Shown: piece by piece, positions 19,433-28,956 of the stretch | Position numbering within the stretch: position 1 is the first letter of the stretch | Layout of the letters: each line of letters starts with the position of its first letter | From: a bacterium | GTDB lineage: Bacteria; Zixibacteria; MSB-5A5; GN15; FEB-12 | DNA length: 64,000 bases | Reading direction: 5' to 3' | NCBI GenBank assembly: GCA_043819515.1 | Contig: JBDRES010000034.1 | Coordinates: forward strand, 3,945 to 67,944 | Made by a program: the position numbers and the translations under genes | The notes under the pieces: model-generated | The model's input: only the letters and a program-made list of their open reading frames with translations | Told to the model about the DNA's origin: nothing | Database searches by the model: none

Positions 19433-21076
19433 ATGGTTAGCCAGAGTGGCCTGATTATTCTGCTCGTGGCGCTGGTGGTCATCCTCATCACTCTGCTTGT
19501 CCACCGCATCAGAAGAGAACGCCGCCATAGCGCCGCCCTGGATGGATTGCGGCCGGAAGAGCTGGATACCTTACTCAGTTCGAATGCCGGTCAGGGATCG
19601 GTGGCTGCCGTTGCTCGCAGAGTCTCCGACATATTGATCGGACCGGGTCAATGTCAGATCATATTGTTTGTTAGAAAAAAACGCGGCAATCTCGTCTGTA
19701 ATTACACTCACGGTCTGACCGACGAAGTTCGCGCAGGACTGCGCTTGCCGCACAGTAAAGCTCTTCTGGATCACTTGCAGGAGTGCTTTCTACCCAGAGA
19801 TCTAACTTGTATTCGTCCGTTTTTGCCTGAACCGTTTTCATCTCGATTGAGCGGAGTTGGCGTTGATGTGTACTTTCCTGTTTTTTGGAGAGACAACCTT
19901 TACGGCATTTACTTCGTCAAAAGCAACCTTGAGACTTCGCATGCTTTCAAGCTGCTGGTAGCATCCTTGGCCCAGACATTGTCGGCAACTTATCACATCA
20001 AGTGGCAGGAGACCAGAAATGAGACTTTGGCCAAAGAGTTGGCGGAGTCCAATCGGAAGTCGGCCGAGGTCCGCCCTCAGGTGACAGCCCCGTCTTCGAT
20101 GGCGGCCCTGGTCAAACACCGCAATTCGGAAAGCCTGATCCCGCGCCTTGTCAACTCCGTCAAGGAAGACCTGGGGCTCCAGCGGGCGGCCTTGGTATAC
20201 GATGGTCCCGGACGACAGGGGATGATTAAAGTCACAGGAGAAGGGGGCGACAGGAATCTGAGCACACCAGCATCGAAGGCTTTCGAGCAGCTTCTGGGGC
20301 GGCTCGACGAGAATTCGACGCTCAGCCTCAAGGAGATATCGGTCGACATTCCACCCCTTTGCGAGTGGAGCCGGGAATTGCAGCGCAGTGGTATGCAGTA
20401 TGTGGCTCCCTTCACTCTTTCCGGGCGCCGTAGATGTGTCTTGGCCTTTGCCTGCCAAGGGGAGGTAGGCACTATCGGCAGCCGACTGAAGCTGTTACGA
20501 TCGCACGCCGTCGATCTGGTGGCCAACGCCGAAGAATACGAAGAGATCGAAGCCCTTTCGTACACCGACAATCTGACCCAGTTGGCCAACCGTCGCTATC
20601 TTACCAAGCGGTTGGGCGAAGAAATCGCCAGAGCCGGTCGCTATCAGCGCCAGTTGGTATTGATAATCTTCGATTTGGATCAGCTCAAGACAGTCAACGA
20701 TCAGTACGGCCATCATGCCGGCGACACCGTCTTGATGCAGTTGAGTCATGTCCTGCGCCGCTCTATTCGTTCGATTGATATTGTGGCTCGTTACGGTGGG
20801 GATGAGTTCTGTGTTGTAATGCCTGAGGCCGACGCCACCAGTTGCCGACATTTTATGTCTCGCCTACAAGCCAAGGTAGCTCGGACGCCGGTCTGCATCG
20901 ATGAGAGCGGCCAGTCGGTCAGCTTCACTATTTCGCTGGGCGGGGCGGTTTTTCCGGATCACGGAACCGACGCCGACAGTCTCCTGAGGGCTGCCGACGC
21001 GGCCCTGTTGCGGGCTAAGGGTCGCGGTCGCGATTGTGCGCTGATGTATGACGAGGCCGATATCGCCGTCGAATAG
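19433..21076 (+). CDS. Membrane-anchored diguanylate cyclase with GAF-like domains
   Basis: N-terminal TM; DNLTQLANRR, DLDQLKTVNDQYGH and ARYGGDEF motifs with an RSID I-site. Confidence 0.92.
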   Translation: MVSQSGLIILLVALVVILITLLVHRIRRERRHSAALDGLRPEELDTLLSSNAGQGSVAAVARRVSDILIGPGQCQIILFVRKKRGNLVCNYTHGLTDEVRAGLRLPHSKALLDHLQECFLPRDLTCIRPFLPEPFSSRLSGVGVDVYFPVFWRDNLYGIYFVKSNLETSHAFKLLVASLAQTLSATYHIKWQETRNETLAKELAESNRKSAEVRPQVTAPSSMAALVKHRNSESLIPRLVNSVKEDLGLQRAALVYDGPGRQGMIKVTGEGGDRNLSTPASKAFEQLLGRLDENSTLSLKEISVDIPPLCEWSRELQRSGMQYVAPFTLSGRRRCVLAFACQGEVGTIGSRLKLLRSHAVDLVANAEEYEEIEALSYTDNLTQLANRRYLTKRLGEEIARAGRYQRQLVLIIFDLDQLKTVNDQYGHHAGDTVLMQLSHVLRRSIRSIDIVARYGGDEFCVVMPEADATSCRHFMSRLQAKVARTPVCIDESGQSVSFTISLGGAVFPDHGTDADSLLRAADAALLRAKGRGRDCALMYDEADIAVE

Positions 21077-21217
21077 ACAGTGGGCAATCGCCGGCGCAGA
21101 AACAAGTTGTTGACGTCGACCCGACCTTCGCTATTTCTTGTCAATGATTAGGCCCGGAATGCCGACCTAGTGTATAAGTTGTTCTATGGATGATACTTAT
21201 AAGGGATTGGATCATAT

Positions 21218-22186
21218 ATGCGAAGGATCGTGCCGGTATTATTGGTGCTATTAGCGCTCAGTATTCAAGGACAAGTACAATCGGGAGAATATGTCGTCGG
21301 GGCCGGGGACTTGCTGCAGCTTAGTTTCTGGCAGGATCCTCTCTTGAACAGCAGCGTCAAGGTTCGCCAGGACGGCTACATCACAGTGGACATAGTTGGC
21401 GAAATGATGGCGGCTGGAAAGACCACGGTGCAATTGCAAGATGATATTGTGCGCCAGATGTCGCGGCTTAACAAGCGGATATCGCAGGTCACCGTGAGGG
21501 TCACCGAGTATCACTTCCAATATGTATTTGTGACCGGTCAGGTCAACGCGCCCGGCAAGCTGACCTTTGAGCAGATCCCGGACCTGGTGACGGTACTCAA
21601 CGAAGCCGGTTGGATTACGGATCATGGCGATCTTTCGCGCGTGACCATCATCCGCGGCGGCGAGCTGGCCGGACAGGTGCAGGTCGTTGATGTCGCCTCA
21701 GCGATCGCCGCCGGCAACGCTAGCGGACTGCCCGGCGTTTTTCGTCAGGATGCTATCGAGGTCCCGCTCACACCGGCCGGAATACGCTCGGCGGATATAG
21801 GGGTTCAGGCGACCCGCAAGAATGTGATATATGTCACCGGAGCCGTGAATACGCCCGGAGCCATCCGGTTTGAAACCAATATCGACGTATATGAGGCCAT
21901 CGCACTGGCCGGCGGCCCGACCGACGCCGCCAAACTTGAGGAGGTCAAAGTCATTTCCAAGGATGGTGCCTACGCTCAGGCTTACCAGATTGACCTCAAA
22001 AAGTATTCGACTACCGGTACTCCGGCGCGGTATATACTGAGTAAGGAAGATCAGGTGGTGGTGCCGGTTCGACGAAACGGCTTTTGGGGCGGAACGGTCG
22101 GAACCGCTGCTACGGTCATTGGTGTTGTAACGTCAGCAGTGCTTCTGTATCAGAATCTGAAACCGCAGGATCAACAAGCGAACTAA
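21218..22186 (+). CDS. Polysaccharide export protein (Wza/OPX-like, SLBB domains)
   Basis: YVVGAGDLL..VRQDGYI poly_export motif; two V(T)G(Q/A)VN.PG SLBB repeats. Confidence 0.88.
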   Translation: MRRIVPVLLVLLALSIQGQVQSGEYVVGAGDLLQLSFWQDPLLNSSVKVRQDGYITVDIVGEMMAAGKTTVQLQDDIVRQMSRLNKRISQVTVRVTEYHFQYVFVTGQVNAPGKLTFEQIPDLVTVLNEAGWITDHGDLSRVTIIRGGELAGQVQVVDVASAIAAGNASGLPGVFRQDAIEVPLTPAGIRSADIGVQATRKNVIYVTGAVNTPGAIRFETNIDVYEAIALAGGPTDAAKLEEVKVISKDGAYAQAYQIDLKKYSTTGTPARYILSKEDQVVVPVRRNGFWGGTVGTAATVIGVVTSAVLLYQNLKPQDQQAN

Positions 22187-22193
22187 AGCAGCG

Positions 22194-23702
22194 ATGCCTT
22201 CTACAAATTCAGATAGCGAAAAGCGTATAGACGTCAAGTTGATTTTGGCCATAGCGTTGAAGCGCAAATGGCTTCTGGCGTTACCGTTGGTCTTTGTGAC
22301 GGCCATTGCCTATGGCTCCTCATATTTCCTGACGCCCATATACGAATCGTTCTCCATAATCTGGATAGACAAACCTCACAATGTGTCCAGTGAACTGATC
22401 AGCATTATTGGCCGTGAGGGCGGTCAGAGATTATCAAGCGATGATCGGCAGCGGGAACTGCAAGCGCTACAAAATGAGATTACGTCACAGACTTACCTGC
22501 AGGCACTGATCCAGGATCTGGGTTTGGACAACAATCCGGACTTGATCCGTCAGGCGGCTCAGATGCGCGAGGAGAATCCGGACCGGAGTCTGCAGGAGCT
22601 GAAGTTGCATCTCCTGATGGAACAACTCCGCAGGCGGATCGCGGTGGCTTATGTCGGCCAGGATCAGATCAAAATAACGGTCGAGTCCGGCGAGCCGACC
22701 CTCGCTCGCGACATGGTCACCCGTCTGACCGAGATTCTGGAACGAGAGAAGACCGCTTACGAACTGGAGAAAATCCTCGATAATCAGACTTTTGCCGATC
22801 TTCAGTTGCAACGGACCGAACTGGAATACCAGGCCATGCTGGACTCACTGACCGGGGCGCGGGCGCAGCTGTCCAAATTGCAGGTACCCCAGAGTATTGC
22901 CTCGCAGGAGAATCGACGGGAGATCCTGGCCGATATTGAAAATGCCACGCAGGAAAGCACCGGTCTTGAGCATGATCGCGATGCCATCATGAATGACCTG
23001 CGCCGTTTCGGCCTGGACAACTTGCGCTTGCATTATACCGACACGCTCGTGGAATTGCGTACCGAGATCGACGAACAGGTCGGGTCCTATGCGGCCATGA
23101 TGGAGCAGTACGCCTGGAGTTCGCAGAACGTCATCAACGTCAATATTCGCCTGAATGACAACGTGCGTCTGTTGGAGCGGGAAACGGAAAGGGCCGTCCA
23201 GAGCCAGTATTCGTCCTATCCTGAGAATCAGCGTCAACTCCTGCGGCGTTATTTTACGGTCAATGAAAACCTTGATGTTGTGAGTTCCAAAGTCAGTCAG
23301 TTGCGTTCGTCGCTGGATAAGATCGAGCGACGCCTGGACCGACTGCCCGCCCTCCAGGCGGAGATCGATGAATTGGATCGCCGCCTGACCGAGGCACGGC
23401 GCTACCGGGACGCCTTCCGTAGCGAGGAGTCGACCGTCGAGATACTGTCTGAGAGAGCCAAGGATAGAACCAAATACAAGATTATTGAACCGGCCCGAGT
23501 GCCCTTGGTGCCGGTCTGGCCCGATCACAACCGGATAATCATTATGGGTATGCTGTTGGGACTGGTGATCGGCGGTGGCGCAGTATTTCTGGCCGAAATG
23601 CTGGACAAGTCGTTCAAGGATGTGGGCGACATTGAAGAGGCTCTCCAACTGCCGGTTCTGGCCACAATACCAAGAATAGAGAAATTGCGCTTCAATCGGT
23701 GA
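22194..23702 (+). CDS. Polysaccharide chain-length determinant / co-polymerase (Wzc N-terminal, GumC-like)
   Basis: Two TMs flanking a coiled coil; IIEPARVPLVPVWP; C-terminal LQLPVLATIP. Confidence 0.88.
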   Translation: MPSTNSDSEKRIDVKLILAIALKRKWLLALPLVFVTAIAYGSSYFLTPIYESFSIIWIDKPHNVSSELISIIGREGGQRLSSDDRQRELQALQNEITSQTYLQALIQDLGLDNNPDLIRQAAQMREENPDRSLQELKLHLLMEQLRRRIAVAYVGQDQIKITVESGEPTLARDMVTRLTEILEREKTAYELEKILDNQTFADLQLQRTELEYQAMLDSLTGARAQLSKLQVPQSIASQENRREILADIENATQESTGLEHDRDAIMNDLRRFGLDNLRLHYTDTLVELRTEIDEQVGSYAAMMEQYAWSSQNVINVNIRLNDNVRLLERETERAVQSQYSSYPENQRQLLRRYFTVNENLDVVSSKVSQLRSSLDKIERRLDRLPALQAEIDELDRRLTEARRYRDAFRSEESTVEILSERAKDRTKYKIIEPARVPLVPVWPDHNRIIIMGMLLGLVIGGGAVFLAEMLDKSFKDVGDIEEALQLPVLATIPRIEKLRFNR

Positions 23703-24829
23703 GAGATATGGAAACCTATCGTTTGAAAAGCAGACTCGTCGGACGGGACAAGGAATACATCATCCAGACCTCCAACGATGCCGACCAGTCCGCCGTGTCG
23801 AGTGTTCTAATTGTGGATGGCGTACCGACTGAGACGGCGCGCTTTGACCATCCCGGCGATATCGGATCTGAAGAAGTCCTGCAGTTGGTACGCTCAAAAC
23901 ACGACCGTACCAAGCAAGAGGTCGAGAGCCTCCTGAACGCCTGCCGTGAGGCCCTTGATCGCCGGGAACCCGAGCATATGACTAATCTGGGGCTGGCCTG
24001 TTTTTACAAAGGATTCTATCTGGAAGCGCAGGAACTTATGCGCACGGCCATCGCTGTCGATGGAGCGGGCCATCGGGCGCTTCACTACCTTAGCCAGGTG
24101 GAGTCGGCCCTGGAACGGCCCGCCGCCGCCGTCCAGGCAGCTGAGCAAGCGGTGCAATTGCGGCCCCGATTCGCCGACTATAGGAACAACCTGGGGGTTG
24201 CTTTGGCCGGCGCCGGCAGATACCGCCACGCTATCGGCGAGTTCACCGAAGCTATCCAAATCAATCTCTATTATGCCGAGGCCTATTTTAATCTTGGACT
24301 GGCCCTGGTGCACAACGCCCTGACACGGGATGATCCGTCATTGTTTGAGGGAGTGCTGTCCCGGTCGGAGGAGCAGTTCAATCGGGCCTTGATGATCAAT
24401 TCCGATTACGATACGCCGCTGTTTCATCGTGGTATTCAGTCGCTCCGCGAGACTGACTTACCGGGGGCCTACGCCTGCTTCAGCCGCCTGCGTGAGGAAC
24501 GCTGGGAACGCCACCGTAGAGAATATGCGAGCTTCTATATGCAGTCGATTCTGTATCCCGACTGGTCCAACGAAGATGCGTTGGACGATCGGATCAGCTT
24601 TCTGCAAAAGGAAATCGAACGGAATCCAACCTACGTGGATCTGGTGGCACAGTTGGGTCACTGCCACCTGCACCGGGCCCGGCTGGCCTGGTCTTGCGGC
24701 CTGGAGCAATATCGCTCGGCTCTGCAGACCAACGCCTCGCTGAAGGAACTCCGAGACATTTTGGATCGCGGCGAAGAGTGTCTGGCCGGGTTGGATAAGG
24801 TCTTGTCAGAGATTCCGAAGAAAGGGTGA
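23699..24829 (+). CDS. Cytoplasmic TPR protein with a distinct N-terminal domain
   Basis: TPR motifs (PRFADYRNNLGVAL, YAEAYFNLGLAL); no signal peptide; translationally coupled on both sides. Confidence 0.8.
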   Translation: MRDMETYRLKSRLVGRDKEYIIQTSNDADQSAVSSVLIVDGVPTETARFDHPGDIGSEEVLQLVRSKHDRTKQEVESLLNACREALDRREPEHMTNLGLACFYKGFYLEAQELMRTAIAVDGAGHRALHYLSQVESALERPAAAVQAAEQAVQLRPRFADYRNNLGVALAGAGRYRHAIGEFTEAIQINLYYAEAYFNLGLALVHNALTRDDPSLFEGVLSRSEEQFNRALMINSDYDTPLFHRGIQSLRETDLPGAYACFSRLREERWERHRREYASFYMQSILYPDWSNEDALDDRISFLQKEIERNPTYVDLVAQLGHCHLHRARLAWSCGLEQYRSALQTNASLKELRDILDRGEECLAGLDKVLSEIPKKG

Positions 24830-25638
24830 GCCCAATGACGCGTTCCCGAGGGATATCTGTCATCGATTCTTTCGCTCTTGAGACTCCGTACGCCACCGAA
24901 TTCAGGCGGCTACTTCACAAGATAGAGCAAACCTCGCCCGGACATAATTCGCGCAGTATACTGGTCAGTTCGGCCATGCTGTCGGAAGGCAAATCCACGA
25001 TCTGCGCTTTTCTGGCGATCACGGCCGCCCTGCACCGCGGATTGAAAACGCTGGTCATGGATTGCGATCTTCGCCGCCCGTCTATTCACAAGCTCTTCGC
25101 CTGTAGCCGTGAGCGCGGTCTGGCTGAAGTTCTGAAGGACGGGTTTAGACTCGGTGACGCTATCAAGAAGACTTCGATCGACAAACTCGATCTGATTACC
25201 TGCGGTGCCCATCACAACGCGCCCAGCAAGCTTTTTGATGTCGAGGTGATCGGCGGTTTGGTGGAGCAGATGAAGTTTGCGTATGATCTGGTGCTGGTCG
25301 ATGCCGCTCCCATTCTACCGGTGTCGGATCCGATGCTGCTGGCGCCCAAGATCGACGACATTATCCTGGTGGTCAAGGCAGGTTCGACACAAAAGGACGT
25401 GGTCGCTCGGGCTGTTGAGATCCTCGGTCACAGCAGGAATCAGATCCTGGGGGTAGTTCTCAACAACATGAACAATGCCCTGCCGTTCCAGTATGACTAT
25501 CGCTACTATGGTTACGAATACAAAAACAGGCCGACTCAACGCGATCAGGTGCGCGTCCGATCGCCCAAGGCACCTACGTCGCAGCGCAGTCCCAATAAGC
25601 CGGGGCCCTCAGCCAAAGACTTAGCCAAACCTCATTGA
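24826..25638 (+). CDS. CpsD/CapB family BY tyrosine kinase
   Basis: SEGKST Walker A, DCDLRRP, DAAPILPVSD; C-terminal Tyr cluster YDYRYYGYEY. Confidence 0.92.
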   Translation: MSPMTRSRGISVIDSFALETPYATEFRRLLHKIEQTSPGHNSRSILVSSAMLSEGKSTICAFLAITAALHRGLKTLVMDCDLRRPSIHKLFACSRERGLAEVLKDGFRLGDAIKKTSIDKLDLITCGAHHNAPSKLFDVEVIGGLVEQMKFAYDLVLVDAAPILPVSDPMLLAPKIDDIILVVKAGSTQKDVVARAVEILGHSRNQILGVVLNNMNNALPFQYDYRYYGYEYKNRPTQRDQVRVRSPKAPTSQRSPNKPGPSAKDLAKPH

Positions 25639-26531
25639 TGAGGGATATAGCCGTGGCCCAGAGCGCCCGTCGTCATCTCAATCTATTGACCGTCGATTTA
25701 GAAGAGTGGTTCGTCGTTCAGGCTCTCCGTGGCCACTATACGAGCGACGATTGGACTCGTCTGCCGTCGACGATCGGGAAAAACACGCAACGCCTTCTGG
25801 GTTTGTTCCGGCATTATGATGTGCAAGCCACCTGGTTCGTATTGGGCTGGTGCGCCGACAACTATCCGGATCTGATCAGACAGATCGCCAACGATGGTCA
25901 CGAGATAGCTTGCCACAGCTACCGCCACGATCGAGTTGATCAGTTGACCCCCGATGAATTCCGACGCGACACCTCCAGGGCGATAGAGGCCATTACCAAG
26001 GCCACCGGCGTGAGACCAGTCGGCTATCGGGCCCCTAGTTGGTCCATTAACGGCGACATCCCGTGGGCCTTCGAGATCCTGGCCGAGCTCGGATTTGAGT
26101 ATGACAGCTCGATTTTTCCGATCAAGCATGACATCTACGGTATGCCTGAGGGGCCGCGACAAATGTTTAGGATGAAATGCAGCCAGGGCCGATTTTTGTA
26201 TGAAATACCGGCCTCGACCTGGCGCTTGTTCGGCAAGAACATGCCCATTGCCGGCGGCGGTTACCTGCGCCACACGCCGTACTGGTACAATCGCTGGATG
26301 GTGCGGCGTCTCAATCGCCGGGGTCAACCGGCCAATGTCTATCTTCACCCCTGGGAACTCGATCCGGATCCTCCCCAAATAGGCAAGCTGTCAATGAGTC
26401 AGAGGTTACGAAGCTACGGCTCGACGAACATCTTCGCCTTGAAACTGCAGAGACTCCTGTCCGATTTTAGTTTCACCACCATTGCCCAGTATCTGAAGCG
26501 TCAGCGTCAGCAGCCCATCGGTTTTCGCTAG
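25635..26531 (+). CDS. Polysaccharide deacetylase (PEP-CTERM/XrtA-locus type, DUF3473)
   Basis: TVDLEEWF, GHEIACHSYRH, GYRAPSWS, GGGYLR and YLHPWELDP motifs. Confidence 0.9.
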   Translation: MMRDIAVAQSARRHLNLLTVDLEEWFVVQALRGHYTSDDWTRLPSTIGKNTQRLLGLFRHYDVQATWFVLGWCADNYPDLIRQIANDGHEIACHSYRHDRVDQLTPDEFRRDTSRAIEAITKATGVRPVGYRAPSWSINGDIPWAFEILAELGFEYDSSIFPIKHDIYGMPEGPRQMFRMKCSQGRFLYEIPASTWRLFGKNMPIAGGGYLRHTPYWYNRWMVRRLNRRGQPANVYLHPWELDPDPPQIGKLSMSQRLRSYGSTNIFALKLQRLLSDFSFTTIAQYLKRQRQQPIGFR

Positions 26532-26639
26532 CGCCTGTTCAAGCCGATGCATTATTGTGTCTTTATTCCTTGACTAAGATTGTCTAAGAGTAGAGGTTAG
26601 GGGTGGTGTAAGGGTTAGTGTTATTGTAAGGAGAAACTG

Positions 26640-27335
26640 ATGAAGCGACTACTACTGTTTTTCTTGGTGGTGATGGTTTGTGTGCCCCAGCTGAGTGCCA
26701 GGCGGAAAAAGCCCAAGGCCGGGGAAGTGGATCACGGTACTTATTCAGATGCCTCTTACGGGTTCCACTTCAATGTTAGTGATGGGTGGGACTACAAGGT
26801 CCAGGACGATGATAAGCATTACCGACTGGTTCTGACGCAAGTCAATTGGCAAGTTCCTCCGGACTATCTGGATTCCCCGGATTACACGCACATTCCCAAG
26901 ATCGTTGTATGGGTGGACACTACCAGCCTGGGTCTTTTTCCGTTTATCGACTCGCTTCTGAGTGAGTCGTTCAAGTCCGACCAAAAGAGTGAGTTATTCA
27001 AGGAATTTGAGATTCTGGTTGATGATACCGAGCGCGATGAAATGCAACAACGCGGTCGGAGGACCAAAGAGATCGCCGGGGAAAAGGGCATCCACTGGAC
27101 CGGTTATGCTCAATACACCAAAGACGTTCAACTGTCGGCCTCGTCGGTCGGCGGCAAGCGGGTCAAGGGTGCATACGGCGGTTCCATCATCGGAGTCAAG
27201 CATGGCAATCAGATAATTCTCTTCCATATGATGAGTGAGTGGTTGTATCATCCTCAGATTGATGCTGAGCTGGTAGGCATGGTCAATACCTTGCAATTCG
27301 GCGGCTCGGAAGAGAGCCGGCCCGAAAAGAAATAG
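26640..27335 (+). CDS. Secreted hypothetical protein
   Basis: AGGAG RBS, signal peptide, 231 aa. Confidence 0.75.
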   Translation: MKRLLLFFLVVMVCVPQLSARRKKPKAGEVDHGTYSDASYGFHFNVSDGWDYKVQDDDKHYRLVLTQVNWQVPPDYLDSPDYTHIPKIVVWVDTTSLGLFPFIDSLLSESFKSDQKSELFKEFEILVDDTERDEMQQRGRRTKEIAGEKGIHWTGYAQYTKDVQLSASSVGGKRVKGAYGGSIIGVKHGNQIILFHMMSEWLYHPQIDAELVGMVNTLQFGGSEESRPEKK

Positions 27336-27436
27336 CGCTCCATGGGGATCGGCGTAGCAGCAGACTATGACGGACCTCGGTAGGTTGCTGATAGTAAATG
27401 CGCAGGCTCCCTGAGGAGCCGTACATTGGAGGTACT

Positions 27437-27826
27437 ATGTGGGCCCTGAGGGCAATTCTAATAGCATTGGTCCTTGTCTGCGTTGTGCTTTTCGGCCTGT
27501 TTAATTCCGGTCCGGATCAGACGGTTGATGTTCACCTGATTGGTTTTTCGCTGGCCAAAATGACCCGTCTTGATGTCCCGCTGATAACGGTTGTGGCGTA
27601 CTCCGTTGCGGCTGGAGTGTTTGTCTCCTTGATGCTCTTTATCTCGGTTTGGCTGAAGCAGTCGATGCAGTTGCGAGCCACGCGGCGGCGAATTCGTGCC
27701 CTGGAGGGAGAAGTGACCGTATTGCGCAACCGGCCCATAGAGGAATCGGCTGACATGCTGAAGCCCCCCGAAGGAAAGTATGCCAAGGGCAGTCCGTCGG
27801 TATTAAGCGACGTCGACATTGAGTAA
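27437..27826 (+). CDS. lapA: LapA family protein
   Basis: Two TMs plus coiled coil ending LRNRPI; GGAGG RBS; upstream of a LapB-like gene. Confidence 0.75.
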   Translation: MWALRAILIALVLVCVVLFGLFNSGPDQTVDVHLIGFSLAKMTRLDVPLITVVAYSVAAGVFVSLMLFISVWLKQSMQLRATRRRIRALEGEVTVLRNRPIEESADMLKPPEGKYAKGSPSVLSDVDIE

Positions 27827-27835
27827 GGTGGGGTT

Positions 27836-28933
27836 ATGGTGCAGTACTTAGTAGTGTTTTTTGGCCTGATGTTTGCAGCCGTCGGGCTCTACATGATCTA
27901 TGATCGATACTTGAGACGTGATCACCGCGGTGATTCTTCGCTCTATGTCGAGGCCCTTCGCGATCTGCTTGACGGGCGAGCGGAGACAGCCTTTACCAAA
28001 CTGCGTCAGGTGGTTGCCGACGATTCGGAGAATATTGATGCCTACCTCAGACTGGCCCAAATCCTCCGCGATCATAATCGCCCCGACCGGGCCCTGCAGG
28101 TCCACAAGGACCTGACTTTGCGCAAAGGACTCTCAAAGGAACAAAAAGCAGCGGTCCTTCGTCAACTGGCCGCCGATTACGTCGCTGTTAATGAACTGGA
28201 AACCGCCCAGGCGGCACTGAAGGAATTGACATCGCTGGTTCCGGACGACCGCCGTGCCTATGCCGAACTACTCAAAACGCAGAAGCAGCTTCAGCAGTGG
28301 GATGATGCCTATGACACTGCTGCCCAGATTCTGAAGCTCGAAGCCAACAAGTCCAAAAAGCCGCTGGCCGTGTTTCGGTATCAGATGGGTCTGCAGCTCA
28401 AGAAGACCGGCGAGCACCGCAAAGCGCGGGTCTTGTTTAAGGAATCTCTGGGGCTTGATCCACAGTTTGCGCCGGCCTACCTGGCCATCGGGGATTCGTA
28501 CCATGCCGAGCAGCGTTTCGAGGACGCCGTCAATTTCTGGAACAAACTCATCAAAGCGGTTCCGGATCAGGGCAGCCGGGTGCTGGATCGTCTAAACAAA
28601 GCGTTGTTTGATTTGGGGCGCTATGGCGATATCGCCGGCGCCTGCGAGCGGATTCTGGCTCACTCTCCCAAGGACAGCAAGGTCCTCATGACGCTCGGCG
28701 AATTTTACGCCAAGAAGGGCGAATCCGATCTTGCCGAAGAGACTCTCAATAGAGTGCTGAGTAACGATCCCAGTCATCTGGGAGCCATCACCGCGTTGGT
28801 GCGACTCTATATAGAGAAAAAGGATATCGGTCAGATCGAGCGGTTGCTTGGTCGGCTTGAACGAAAGCATCAGGAGCGCGGCAAGTCGAGCAGTGATGGA
28901 ATAGTGGATACGACCTTGATCGGGATCAATTGA
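27836..28933 (+). CDS. LapB-like TPR protein
   Basis: N-terminal TM; YVEALRDLL...AYLRLAQILR...DRALQVHKDLTLR is typical of LapB. Confidence 0.75.
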   Translation: MVQYLVVFFGLMFAAVGLYMIYDRYLRRDHRGDSSLYVEALRDLLDGRAETAFTKLRQVVADDSENIDAYLRLAQILRDHNRPDRALQVHKDLTLRKGLSKEQKAAVLRQLAADYVAVNELETAQAALKELTSLVPDDRRAYAELLKTQKQLQQWDDAYDTAAQILKLEANKSKKPLAVFRYQMGLQLKKTGEHRKARVLFKESLGLDPQFAPAYLAIGDSYHAEQRFEDAVNFWNKLIKAVPDQGSRVLDRLNKALFDLGRYGDIAGACERILAHSPKDSKVLMTLGEFYAKKGESDLAEETLNRVLSNDPSHLGAITALVRLYIEKKDIGQIERLLGRLERKHQERGKSSSDGIVDTTLIGIN

Positions 28934-28956
28934 AGTCCCCACCGCCATAGGCAATT

